Part shown: positions 33,843 to 44,396 of the stretch, piece by piece
Layout of the letters: every line of letters starts with the position of its first letter
Numbering within the stretch: position 1 is the first letter of the stretch
Assembly: GCA_965248355.1 (NCBI GenBank)
Contig: OZ252098.1
Coordinates: forward strand, 4,096,001 to 4,160,000
DNA length: 64,000 bases
Source: Candidatus Latescibacterota bacterium
GTDB taxonomy: Bacteria > Latescibacterota > UBA2968 > UBA8231
Direction: 5' to 3'
Made by a program: the position numbers and the translations under genes
The notes under the pieces: generated by a model
Told to the model about the DNA's origin: nothing
Database searches by the model: none
Seen by the model: only the letters and a program-made list of their open reading frames with translations

Positions 33843-34898
33843 ATGCCCATCTCCCGCGCCCACGCCCTGCGACATTTTGTCCTCCGGCGCCTGCTCCTGA
33901 TCCTGCCCACCTTGCTGGGCATCACCTTTCTCGTCTTCCTCCTGTGCCAGTTCGTGCCGGGCGGTCCCATCGACCAGATGAAGATGCGCATCGCCGGGGC
34001 CGATCAGGCCGGAGAGGCCGGGGTGGCGGGCACCCGGCGCCTGTCGTCCGCCGAAATCCCGGAGGCGGATCTGGAGAGCCTGCGGCGGTACTACGGCTTC
34101 GACCGCCCCCTGCTGGTGCGCTACGGTCTGTACCTGGCGAACCTGGCCACCTTCGACCTGGGCGATTCGTTCCGCTACACGATGCCGGTGGAGGACCTCA
34201 TCGTCACCCGCCTGCCCATCTCCGTCTACTTCGGCGGGATTGCCTTCCTGCTGACCTATTCGGTCTGCATCCCTCTCGGTATCCTCAAGGCCCTGCGCCA
34301 CAAGACCAGCTTCGACAACCTCACATCGTTGCTCATCTTCCTCGGGTACGCCATCCCGGGGTACGCCCTGGGGGCCGTGCTGCTGGCCCTCTTCGCCGTG
34401 CAACGGGACTGGTTTCCCCTGGCCGGATTCGAGAGTCAGGGCTTCGCCGACCTGAGCCTGTTCGGCAAGATCCAGGACCGCCTGCACCACACGGCGCTGC
34501 CCGTCCTCTGCTTTGCCATCCACCTCTTCGCCTTCATGACGATCCTCATGAAGAACAGCCTGCTGGAGAGCATGGGGGCCGACTACGTCAAGACCGCCCT
34601 CGCCAAAGGCATGACCTGGAGGCGCTCGGTCTTCGTCCACGCCCTGCGCAATTCGCTGATCCCCATCGCCACCAGCTTCGGGAACAACATCTCCCTGATC
34701 CTCGCCGGCTCCCTGCTCATCGAGCGGGTCTTCGGGATCCCCGGCATGGGCCTGCTGTTCTTCGAGGCCATCACGGCGCGCGACTATCCCGTGGTGATGG
34801 GTTACATCTTCATCTCCTCGGCCCTGCTGCTGGTGGGGAACCTGCTCAGCGACCTGTGCGTGGCGGGGGTCGATCCGCGGGTGAGGTTCGGCGAGTGA
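33843..34898 (+). CDS. peptide ABC transporter permease (YejB/OppB-like)
   Basis: LRRLLLILPTLLGIT, VPGGPID, YGFDRP, DYVKTALAKG, HALRNSLIP, DPRVRF. Confidence 0.93.
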   Translation: MPISRAHALRHFVLRRLLLILPTLLGITFLVFLLCQFVPGGPIDQMKMRIAGADQAGEAGVAGTRRLSSAEIPEADLESLRRYYGFDRPLLVRYGLYLANLATFDLGDSFRYTMPVEDLIVTRLPISVYFGGIAFLLTYSVCIPLGILKALRHKTSFDNLTSLLIFLGYAIPGYALGAVLLALFAVQRDWFPLAGFESQGFADLSLFGKIQDRLHHTALPVLCFAIHLFAFMTILMKNSLLESMGADYVKTALAKGMTWRRSVFVHALRNSLIPIATSFGNNISLILAGSLLIERVFGIPGMGLLFFEAITARDYPVVMGYIFISSALLLVGNLLSDLCVAGVDPRVRFGE

Positions 34899-35959
34899 TC
34901 GGCCTTCGCCCGGACCCGGTCACGCGCCTTCGCCTGCGCCGGTTCCGGCGCATCCGCCGAGGCTATTGCTCCTTCCTGATCCTGTTGGGTCTCACGGTCC
35001 TGTCCCTGTTCTCCAACTACATCGCCAACCGGCGGGCCATCGTCGTCTGCCATGAGGGGGAGATCTACTTCCCCACCTTCCGCTTCCATGACATGGCCAC
35101 CTTCGGCCAGCAGGACGAGTACGGGTTCGACGACGTGGAGGCCGACTACGCGGCGCTGCGGACGCAGTTCGAGGAGGCGGCCGCCGGCGACTGGGTGTGG
35201 ATGCCGGTGGTGCCCTTCGACCCCTACGAGCCGGACTTCAGCTATGACGATCCGCCGCCGAACCCCCCGGATTCGCGGCACTGGTTCGGCACCGACTCCC
35301 AGGGCCGGGACGTCTTCGCCCGGCTGCTCTACGGTTTTCGCATCTCCATCCTCTTCGCCGCCGCCCTGGTCTTCACCGGCCAGACGGCGGGCACCGTCAT
35401 CGGCTCCCTCCAGGGATTCGTGGGCGGCCGCTTCGACATCCTCAGCCAGAGGTTCATCGAGATCTGGTCCACCCTGCCCTTCCTGTACGTGGTGATCCTC
35501 CTGGCCACCTTCTTCAAGCCCAGCTTCGGGCTGCTGCTGGTGATCATGGGCCTCTTCGAATGGATCCGCATGACCTACTACATGCGCACCGAGATGTACC
35601 GGGAGAAGACACGCGACTACTGCCTTGCGGCGCGTTCCTTCGGTGCTTCGCGCTGGCGGCTCATCTTCCGCCACCTGCTGCCGAACTGCCTCACCCCCCT
35701 GGTGACGATCACGCCCTTCGCCGTGGTCGGCGCCATCAGCGCCCTCACGGCCCTGGACTATCTCGGGTACGGCCTGCCGGCGCCGACGCCGAGTTGGGGG
35801 GAGATGATCGACCAGGCCCTGGACAGCCAGAACCGGGACAAGATCTGGCTCTCCGTGGCCCCCTTTTCCGCCCTCTCCGTAACCCTGGTGTTGGTCACCC
35901 TCGTGGGCGAATCCATCCGCGAGGCCTTCGATCCCAAGCAGTACGCCCACTACCGCTAG
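34895..35959 (+). CDS. peptide ABC transporter permease (YejE/OppC-like)
   Basis: RFRRIRRGY, HWFGTDSQGRDVFARL.YGFR, HLLPN, LDYLGYGLP..PSWG, REAFDP. Confidence 0.93.
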   Translation: MIGLRPDPVTRLRLRRFRRIRRGYCSFLILLGLTVLSLFSNYIANRRAIVVCHEGEIYFPTFRFHDMATFGQQDEYGFDDVEADYAALRTQFEEAAAGDWVWMPVVPFDPYEPDFSYDDPPPNPPDSRHWFGTDSQGRDVFARLLYGFRISILFAAALVFTGQTAGTVIGSLQGFVGGRFDILSQRFIEIWSTLPFLYVVILLATFFKPSFGLLLVIMGLFEWIRMTYYMRTEMYREKTRDYCLAARSFGASRWRLIFRHLLPNCLTPLVTITPFAVVGAISALTALDYLGYGLPAPTPSWGEMIDQALDSQNRDKIWLSVAPFSALSVTLVLVTLVGESIREAFDPKQYAHYR

Positions 35960-35973
35960 ACGAAAGGACCGCC

Positions 35974-37794
35974 ATGGGGCGTCGATTCCCTCTCTTCATC
36001 CTTCTGCTGCTCGCCATGGGCGCTCGCTCAGGCGCCGCGGATCTCTCGTCCATCGAGTGGGTGACCAACGCCGAGGATCCGCCCATCGGCGATCCGGCCG
36101 CCCAAGAGGGGGGCGAGATCCGCCTGTACATGACCGCCTATCCCCTGACCCTGCGCATCGTCGGTCCCAATTCCAACGACGCCTTCGCTGCCTGGAAGCG
36201 GGCCTTCACCATGGCTCTGACCATGGTCACCCGGCACCCGACGACGGACCGCCACATCCCGGTCATGGCGACGCACTGGTCGGTGCAGGCGGACGGGCGC
36301 ACCGTCTACTACAGGCTGGATCCCGACGCCCGCTGGAGCGACGGGAGGCCGGTCACGGCGGAGGACTACGTGCACACCTGGCGGATGATGCGCAGCGAGC
36401 ACATCGTCGATCCGTTCTTCAACCAGTACGCCGAGGACTACTTCGAGGAAGTCGTGGCCCTCGAGCCTCACGTGCTCAAGATCGTGGGCAGGTTCGAGAG
36501 CTGGCGGCCCCTGGACATGTTCGATCTCTGGGCCACCCCGAGGCACGCCGTCACCCTCGAGGAGGGGTTCCCCGACCGCTACAACGACGCGGTCCTGCCG
36601 GTGCAGGGGGCGTACGTGCTCACCGAGCGGGTCCCCGGGCAGTACGTCGTGTTCGAGCGCCTCGAGGACTGGTGGGGCCGGGACAAGCGCTACATGCAGG
36701 GCCTGTTCAACGTGGACCGCATCCACGTGCGCGTCATCGACGACTCGGATCGCGCCTTCGACTTTTTCAGGAAGGGAGAGCTCGACTGCTACGGCGTGAA
36801 CACGGCCCGCATGTGGGCCGAGGAGATGGACTTCGAGGCCCTGCAGAAGGGCTGGGCCCACCGCAAGCGGCTCTTCGTCGACTATCCCCAGGGCGTGTAC
36901 GGCTTCGCCATGAACCTCGAGCGGCCGATCTTCCAGAACAAGGACTTCCGCAAGGCGATCCAGTACCTCTTCCACTTCGAGGAGATCAACACCAAGCTCA
37001 TGCACGGCGCCTACTACCGGCAGGTCTCGGCCTTTACGGGCACAGAGTACCAGAACCGGGATCTGGTGCCGTACGCCTTCGACCCGCGCAAGGCGCGCGA
37101 GCACCTGAGGGCCGCGGGCTTCACCGGGCGGGGGGAGGACGGCATCCTGGTCGACGGGAATGGCACCCGCGCCGCCTTCACCCTCTCCTATGGGAGCAAG
37201 GGCCTGGAGCGGCACATGACGGTGGTCAGGCAGACCTTCCAGCGCTTCGGCGTCGACATGGCGCTGCGCCTGCTGGAGCCCGGCACCGCCTTCCGCAACG
37301 GTCTGGAGCGCGAGTACGAGATGACCATCATGGGGCGCACCGCCGGCCTCTTCCCGAGTCCCCATCAGTACTTCTCCTCCGTCTACAAGGAGTCGAAGAA
37401 CAACAACAACGTCTGGGGCTTCGGGACCGCCTACACGGATTCCCTCATCGACGTCTACCGCTTCGACACGGACAAGGAGCGCCGTCTGGCGGCGATGCAC
37501 GAGCTCGACGCCATCGTCCAGGACGAGGCCTTCTACGTGCCTTTCTGGCAGGCGCCCTTCATTCGTTTCCTGCACTGGGACCACGTCCGTTTCCCGGAGT
37601 TCTACTTCCCCAAGCGCACCCAGCAGATGACCGACTGGCAGGTGTTCTGGGTCGACGAGGAGCGGGGCCGGCGCCTGCGGGAGGCCATGGCGGAAGGCCG
37701 TTCCCTCGGCCAGGACACGGTCGTCGACATCGACCCCTACCAGGTGAAGGACCGCATCGAAGCCGCCCTGAGGGCCGCGGCCGGCTCGGAGTAG
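35974..37794 (+). CDS. peptide ABC transporter substrate-binding protein (family 5, YejA-like)
   Basis: Signal peptide, GDPAAQEGG, ARWSDGRPVTAED, NLERPIFQNKDFRKA; RBS AAGGA. Confidence 0.9.
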   Translation: MGRRFPLFILLLLAMGARSGAADLSSIEWVTNAEDPPIGDPAAQEGGEIRLYMTAYPLTLRIVGPNSNDAFAAWKRAFTMALTMVTRHPTTDRHIPVMATHWSVQADGRTVYYRLDPDARWSDGRPVTAEDYVHTWRMMRSEHIVDPFFNQYAEDYFEEVVALEPHVLKIVGRFESWRPLDMFDLWATPRHAVTLEEGFPDRYNDAVLPVQGAYVLTERVPGQYVVFERLEDWWGRDKRYMQGLFNVDRIHVRVIDDSDRAFDFFRKGELDCYGVNTARMWAEEMDFEALQKGWAHRKRLFVDYPQGVYGFAMNLERPIFQNKDFRKAIQYLFHFEEINTKLMHGAYYRQVSAFTGTEYQNRDLVPYAFDPRKAREHLRAAGFTGRGEDGILVDGNGTRAAFTLSYGSKGLERHMTVVRQTFQRFGVDMALRLLEPGTAFRNGLEREYEMTIMGRTAGLFPSPHQYFSSVYKESKNNNNVWGFGTAYTDSLIDVYRFDTDKERRLAAMHELDAIVQDEAFYVPFWQAPFIRFLHWDHVRFPEFYFPKRTQQMTDWQVFWVDEERGRRLREAMAEGRSLGQDTVVDIDPYQVKDRIEAALRAAAGSE

Positions 37795-37806
37795 CCGGGC
37801 AGCCCC

Positions 37807-38777
37807 ATGACGCTGCTGCGAGTCGAGGACCTGCGCACCGTGTTCCACACGGAGGAAGGCGTGGTGCAGGCGGTGGACGGCGTCTCCTTCGACGTCCGTG
37901 CCGGCTCGACCCTGGGGATCGTCGGGGAGTCGGGCTGCGGCAAGAGCGTCAGCGCCATGTCGGTGATGCGGCTCATCCCCGACCCGCCCGGGCGCATCGA
38001 GGGCGGCCGGGTCCTGTGGAAGGGGAGGGACCTGCTCGCCCTCGACGCCGACGACATGCCCGGCATCCGTGGACGGGAGATCGCCATGATCTTCCAGGAC
38101 CCCATGACCTCCCTCAACCCGGTCTTCACCGTCCGCCGGCAGCTCGGGGAGGTGCTCGAGAAGCGTTTCGGGATGCGAGGGGAGGCGGCCGACGCGCGCA
38201 TGGTGGAGATGCTGCAACGGGTGGGCATCGCCGATGCGGAGGATCGGCTGGTCCAGTATCCCCACGAGCTCAGCGGCGGCATGAAGCAGCGCATCATGAT
38301 CGCCATGGCCCTCATGTGCGAGCCGAACCTGCTCATCGCCGACGAGCCTACCACCGCCCTCGACGTGACCGTGCAGGCCCAGATCCTGCATCTGATGAAG
38401 CAGCTCCAGCGAGAGCTCGGCACGGCCATCCTGCTCATCACCCACGACATGGGTGTCGTGGCCGAGACCTGCGACGAGGTGGTGGTCATGTACGCCGGCA
38501 AGGTGGTGGAACGCTGCGGAGTGATGGAGCTCTTCGAGGGGAGCCGCCACCCCTACACGCGGGGCCTCCTCGAGAGCATCCTGCGGCCCGGCCGGCCGAG
38601 AGGCGCCGGCGTGCCCACCATCGAGGGTGTCGTGCCCTCCCTCCTGGATCCTCCGCCCGGCTGCCGCTTCGCCGACCGCTGTCCCCGCGCCGAGGAGCGG
38701 TGCCGCCGGCAGGACCCGCCCCTGGAGCCGGTCGCCGACGGCCACCAGGCCGCCTGCCACTTCCCCCTGGATCCACG

Positions 38778-38781
<4 letters not shown>
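37807..38781 (+). CDS. oppD: oligopeptide ABC transporter ATPase (OppD/DppD)
   Basis: [41 protein letters not shown]-terminal GCRF..RC...C. Confidence 0.93.
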
Positions 38782-39755
<974 letters not shown>

Positions 39756-39769
39756 CTGCGAGGGCAGTC

Positions 39770-39791
39770 CCCCCGGGGCCCCCCCCGGGGG
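39770..39791. terminator. GC hairpin between convergent oppF and the GlmL-like operon
   Basis: CCCCCGGGG-CCCC-CCCCGGGGG inverted repeat, no U-tract. Confidence 0.45.
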
Positions 39792-39812
39792 AGGCGCGGC
39801 GCGGCCGGCGCC

Positions 39813-40538
39813 CTACATCAGGTGGAGCCAGTCGTCGAGCAGGAAGCTGACGCGCCCGATGAGGAGGGACAGGCGGGCCATGACCGTGTACCCGAAGGAG
39901 GCGCCGAAGGAGATCATCAGGAACCAGATGCCGACCTTGGAGGCGTGGCCAACGGCGCCGGTGTGCTCCACGGAGAAGAAGAAGTAGATGAGCACCGTCA
40001 GGACCCCCACGAGGATCAGGATCAGGTTCAGGCCCTCCAGAGACAGGGTGATCGGTCTCAAGCTGGGCTCGATCTGGGCGAGCACGAAGGAGGACAGGTA
40101 CCGGGGGATGGTAAGGCCGGCACCGACGCCGACGACGAAGGCGAAAGACAGGCGACTGAGCCAGCCGAAGCGGCGGGAGAACCGGGTCAGCATCAGCAGG
40201 CCCAGGAAGGTCGGGAACAGCATCACCCAAGGGTCGTGGCCCCCGGCGCCGGCTCCGCCCAGATCGAAGAAGGTGCGGATGATGTCGTCGAGGAAGACGT
40301 TGTACCAGGTGATGCCGAAGACGTACGCGGCGGCCACGCCCACATACACGTGCTCGGCGACCTTGAAGAGGGGGTTGTCCTTGTAGAGGAAGCTGTACAG
40401 GGACAGGGTGAACCCGGCGGCGACGATGACGCCCACGCCCTCCCAGTCGAGGCCGAGAAGCCCGTTGCCGATGAGCACGGCGTTGGCCGCGGCGAAGAGG
40501 GCGACGAAGCCGGCGAAGAGGTACAGGTCTCGAGTCAT
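39813..40538 (-). CDS. hypothetical polytopic membrane protein (GlmL-like operon)
   Basis: About 7 hydrophobic segments; YSFLYKDNPLFKVAEHVYVGVAAAY, LIYFFFS, FGASFGYTVMAR. Confidence 0.8.
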   Translation of the reverse strand: MTRDLYLFAGFVALFAAANAVLIGNGLLGLDWEGVGVIVAAGFTLSLYSFLYKDNPLFKVAEHVYVGVAAAYVFGITWYNVFLDDIIRTFFDLGGAGAGGHDPWVMLFPTFLGLLMLTRFSRRFGWLSRLSFAFVVGVGAGLTIPRYLSSFVLAQIEPSLRPITLSLEGLNLILILVGVLTVLIYFFFSVEHTGAVGHASKVGIWFLMISFGASFGYTVMARLSLLIGRVSFLLDDWLHLM

Positions 40539-40545
40539 GGCGGCC

Positions 40546-41376
40546 TCAGGCCTGCCCGTCCCGCCGGCGGGCGGCGAAGTAGGCGACGTTGCCCAGGATG
40601 ATGAACAGGACGATGATCACGTGGGTCACGGACTGCGGCTCCATGCCCTCGGTGGCTCGACCGGGTGCGTCCACGAGCGTCTCGTACTCGGCGGCCCCCG
40701 CCAGCCCGCCGAGGAGGCCGACGAGCTGCCCCGACTGCAGGAAGGGGTAGAGGTCGGGCGCCATCACCGCGGTGCAGCCGCCGCCGAAGGGGAACCGGTG
40801 CTTCTCCTGGCCGTACGGGATCCACCAGAACTCCATGGAGTCGCCGGCGGCGAAGTCGAAGACGAAGGAGAAGTCCTTCAGGCTCTCCACGCCCTCCATC
40901 ACCGGCAGATGGCCCACCGGGGTACCCTCCGTGTCGAAGGGGAAGGTGTCGGCCACGCTCTGCCCCATGTTCAGGATCACCGCCTGATAGCCGATCTTGT
41001 AGCCCAGAAAGGCGTAGTCGACGCCGTACCGGCGGCCGAACTCGGCGGCCAGCTCGTCCATCACCGGCTGGGCCAGCCCCACCGCCTCCGGCCACAGGCA
41101 GATGGCGACCACCTTCAGCCCGCGCTCGAAGAGGTGGCGCAGGACGGCGCGGGTCATGGGCACCATCTCCGGCTCGGTGCTGGCGCCGTACGAGAACGAG
41201 ACCAGCACCGGCCGGCCGGCGTCCTCCGCAGCCACCCTCTCGATCTCGTCGTACACCGAGCGCACCGTGGGAGACGGCTTGATCGGCAGGGGGATGTCCA
41301 CGAGCAGGGGGATGGCCACGCCCAGGAAGACGAAGACGAAGATGTAGCGGCGGTCCAGGTTGATCAGTCGGTCCAT
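40546..41376 (-). CDS. hypothetical membrane-anchored alpha/beta-domain protein (GlmL-like operon)
   Basis: MDRLINLDRRYIF... N-terminal TM, soluble domain, SGQLVGLLGGLAGAAEYE, C-terminal TM; RBS GGAG before ATG 41376. Confidence 0.8.
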   Translation of the reverse strand: MDRLINLDRRYIFVFVFLGVAIPLLVDIPLPIKPSPTVRSVYDEIERVAAEDAGRPVLVSFSYGASTEPEMVPMTRAVLRHLFERGLKVVAICLWPEAVGLAQPVMDELAAEFGRRYGVDYAFLGYKIGYQAVILNMGQSVADTFPFDTEGTPVGHLPVMEGVESLKDFSFVFDFAAGDSMEFWWIPYGQEKHRFPFGGGCTAVMAPDLYPFLQSGQLVGLLGGLAGAAEYETLVDAPGRATEGMEPQSVTHVIIVLFIILGNVAYFAARRRDGQA

Positions 41377-41378
41377 GG

Positions 41379-42047
41379 TTACTCCTCCTCCTCCTCCCCC
41401 CCGCCGCCGAGGTAGGAACGCTCGATGCCGAAGATGATCCGCAGGGAGGTGGCGATGGCGCCGAGACTGACGCCCAGGAGGATGCCGCGCTTGGCCGCCA
41501 GGTTGGGCACCGTCATGAGCCACCGCATGCTCTCGGGGAGGGCCTCGGAGATGTAGCCGCCGATCGGCACCCGTCCGAGCATGACGATCACCGCCGAGAC
41601 CAGCAGGATGGCCGCCTCGGGCGTGCGCGCCCGGAAGGTGCGGTAGGCCGCCGAGGAGATGAAGAAGGCGAGGGTGGAGAACATGGTGGCCGAGCTGGCC
41701 ACCTGGATGTTGGTGAACATCCACTGGTAGGCGCCGGTCTTCGACTGCGCCTCCAGGGGGCCGAGGCCCTCGTTGTAGAGGACGAAGAGGCACATGACGC
41801 CGAAGCTGATGTAGACGACCAGGCTGTAGGCCCAGCCCGCCTGCCGCAGCCGGATCTTCGACCAGTGCAGGTTGAGGAGGCTGTAGAGACCGAGGAAGTA
41901 GGCGAAGGCGGAGACCACCCGCAGCCACAGGGCGAAGGCCTGCGTCGTCTCTTCGGCATAGGGGTGGGGGCTGTAGAAGATGGCGAAGCCGGTGACGCCG
42001 AAGAGGAAGCAGATGACGAAGGGCAGGGTCCGTGTCAGGAATGGCAT
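41379..42047 (-). CDS. hypothetical polytopic membrane protein (GlmL-like operon)
   Basis: About 6 TMs; ATMFSTLAFFISSAAYRTFRAR..EA, VPNLAAKRGILLG, LRIIFGIERSYLG. Confidence 0.82.
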   Translation of the reverse strand: MPFLTRTLPFVICFLFGVTGFAIFYSPHPYAEETTQAFALWLRVVSAFAYFLGLYSLLNLHWSKIRLRQAGWAYSLVVYISFGVMCLFVLYNEGLGPLEAQSKTGAYQWMFTNIQVASSATMFSTLAFFISSAAYRTFRARTPEAAILLVSAVIVMLGRVPIGGYISEALPESMRWLMTVPNLAAKRGILLGVSLGAIATSLRIIFGIERSYLGGGGEEEEE

Positions 42048-42057
42048 CGGCTTCCTC

Positions 42058-43272
42058 TCACAGGGAGGCGAGCAGGTGGGTCAGGAAGTCGACGCCGGCC
42101 GTGGCCAGGGCGGTGCCGGCCAGGAGCACGAGGATGAGCACGGCCTTGCCCACGTCCTGTCCCCGCAGGCTGCCCAGGAGGCGCGGCTCCTTCGACAGGT
42201 AGGCGCTGGCCGCGTAGAGCTCCTCCCCCATCAGGGTGTAGTCGCAGGTGGTGACGAAGAACGGCAGCTGCGTGTACGCGTCGGTGCCGGCGATCTGGAT
42301 GGCGCCGGTGGTGCTGCCGGTCTCGGCCAGCAGCAGTGACTCGGCGTAGAAGTAGCCCATCATGATGTGCGCCGCCGGACGGTCCCGGACCATGATGCCC
42401 TCCAGGGCCGCGGCGTAGGAGAACTGCTCGGTGCCGGCTATGAACACGTCATCGGGCCGGTAGGCGTCGGGCCGGCCCTCCTCCAGGCAGGCCTCCTTCA
42501 CCACCTCCTGGCTCACCGACATGACCACGGGGTCGACGTTGGCCACCCGCAGATGGGCGTCGAGGCGCGCCGTGCGCCGGGCCACGCGTCCGAGGATGTT
42601 GACCGCGGCGATCGTCGGGATCTGGTCCATGCCCTTCAGACCGTGGACGAACAGCACTGAGCGGCCCATCTCGGTGGCGCGCCCCAGGGCCTCGTCGAGC
42701 GCTTCCAGGCCGGCGATGCGCCGGATGTACAGCTCCCGGCGCCTGGCCACGGCGATGAACAGGAGGATGACCACCGACAGGGCCACGGCGAGCACGAGGT
42801 TGTTCAGCTTGGCGGTGTTGAACAGGTTGGCCGCCGGCGCGGCCTCGGCCACCGGGCTGCGTCTCGCCGCCGCGCCGTCCCCGGCGACGAGTCGGGCATA
42901 GTAGGTCCTGCCGTCCTCCAGCGGCGTCGGCTTCTCCTCCCCTTTCGGGGTGTAACCGGTGAGGTGCAGAACGTGGTGGTCCGCGTTGTTGGGATCGAGA
43001 CCGAACAGGGCCGGCTCGTCGGACTTGCGCCCCGGGGCCAGGGTCTCGGCGGCCGGGTGGAAGGGACCCTCCGGGGATTCGGCGAGGTAGACCCGGTAGC
43101 CGCCGTCCTCGGGGGCGGCTGCGGCACGCCAGGTCAGGCTCAGACCCCCGCCGGCGTCGTTCGGCGTGTCGAACAGATCGATGTCGATCACCGGGGTTTC
43201 CTGCGCCCCGGCCGCGGCGAGCAGCCCGAGCACGGCGATCAAGGGCAGGGTTGTTCTCAAGCCTCCAGTCAT
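42058..43272 (-). CDS. membrane protein with N-terminal FN3-like domain and DUF6754-like domain
   Basis: Signal peptide, DTPNDAGGGLSLTW...YRVY...YYARL, TM, IRRIAGLEALDEALGRATEMGR, AESLLLAETG, QLPFFVTTCDYTLMGEELYAASAYLS, C-terminal TM. Confidence 0.8.
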   Translation of the reverse strand: MTGGLRTTLPLIAVLGLLAAAGAQETPVIDIDLFDTPNDAGGGLSLTWRAAAAPEDGGYRVYLAESPEGPFHPAAETLAPGRKSDEPALFGLDPNNADHHVLHLTGYTPKGEEKPTPLEDGRTYYARLVAGDGAAARRSPVAEAAPAANLFNTAKLNNLVLAVALSVVILLFIAVARRRELYIRRIAGLEALDEALGRATEMGRSVLFVHGLKGMDQIPTIAAVNILGRVARRTARLDAHLRVANVDPVVMSVSQEVVKEACLEEGRPDAYRPDDVFIAGTEQFSYAAALEGIMVRDRPAAHIMMGYFYAESLLLAETGSTTGAIQIAGTDAYTQLPFFVTTCDYTLMGEELYAASAYLSKEPRLLGSLRGQDVGKAVLILVLLAGTALATAGVDFLTHLLASL

Positions 43273-44396
43273 CCCGCGATCAGCTCCACGTTGGCCCGTG
43301 GGACCACGGCCCGCGAGCCGTCCTCGAACTCCACCTCCAGCACGCGCACCGAAGCGCCGGACTCCACCTGGCGAAGATCGGGGGTCAACTCCATCACCCG
43401 GCCGATGCGGCCGAAGTACGGGGCCCGGATGACGCGCAGCGCATCCCCCCGCGCCATGCCCTCTCCGCCGCCGGCCTCACCCTCTTCCGCGTCTCCAGGT
43501 CCCGACGGGCCCGACACGATGATCTCGGGACGCATCACCCCCGCCCGGATCTGGGTCGCCCCCGAGATCGAGGCCTGCCGGCCCTGGCAGTCCCGGAGGA
43601 TCTCGAAAGTCCGGCGGGCCATGGCGATCTCGCCGAACCCCTCGGTGACGACCACGGTCAGTCCGATGCTCTCGGTGCCGGTTATGGCCACGCCCAGGTC
43701 GTATCCCAGCAGCCGCCGCATGTCCCGGTCGCGAAGGCCGCCGCCGATCACGCCCGCCGCACCCACCTCCCGCGCGCGGTCGATCGTCTCGTAGGACAGC
43801 AGGCCCGTGGCCACCACGATCCGTCCCGAGCATTCAGCGCCGATCTGCTCCGGTGTCAGCGGCTCGCCGGGCCTCTCGGTGAGCAGGTGCAGGGGGCCGT
43901 AGCGCTCGCCGCCGACGCCGAAGATCCCCTGAACGAAGGCGCCGCGGGTCTCGACCACCACCCCTTCGCCCTCGAGGATCTCCACCACCTGACCGTCGAC
44001 GTAGGCCAGCACCTCCACCGGCAGGGGCGGCTCTCGCAGCAGGACCTGACCCGTCACCGGCGAGACGCTGTCCACGGTGCCCTCGATCGGCGACGGCACC
44101 GTGGTCTTGAACCACTTGATGAAGGGCCGCGTCTCCGCGATCGGCTCGCCCGCGCTCACCGGGTCGCCCTCGGCCTTGAGCATGTACCCGGGCAACTCCT
44201 CGGCCGTGATGCCCAGCCGGTTGACGACGTTCACCGTGGACACCCTGCCGGGCAGCTCGGTGCGGGCCACCACCTGCTCCCGCTCGACGACGTCGCCCAC
44301 GGCGGCCAGCACCTGGCCTTGAACCGGCAGCCGGCGGGTCCGCCGGAGAACGGTGTGGCGGGTGACGCGCAGGCCCGGGGTGTAGGCGTGGGCCAT
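43269..44396 (-). CDS. hypothetical protein with barrel-sandwich hybrid motifs and C-terminal KOW/SH3-like domain
   Basis: MAHAYTPGLRV, GQVLAAVGDVV, MLKAEGDPVSAGEPIA, SPIEGTV, QGIFGVGGE, TEGFG, GDALRVIRAPYFGRIGRV, VPRANVE. Confidence 0.8.
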   Translation of the reverse strand: MAHAYTPGLRVTRHTVLRRTRRLPVQGQVLAAVGDVVEREQVVARTELPGRVSTVNVVNRLGITAEELPGYMLKAEGDPVSAGEPIAETRPFIKWFKTTVPSPIEGTVDSVSPVTGQVLLREPPLPVEVLAYVDGQVVEILEGEGVVVETRGAFVQGIFGVGGERYGPLHLLTERPGEPLTPEQIGAECSGRIVVATGLLSYETIDRAREVGAAGVIGGGLRDRDMRRLLGYDLGVAITGTESIGLTVVVTEGFGEIAMARRTFEILRDCQGRQASISGATQIRAGVMRPEIIVSGPSGPGDAEEGEAGGGEGMARGDALRVIRAPYFGRIGRVMELTPDLRQVESGASVRVLEVEFEDGSRAVVPRANVELIAG

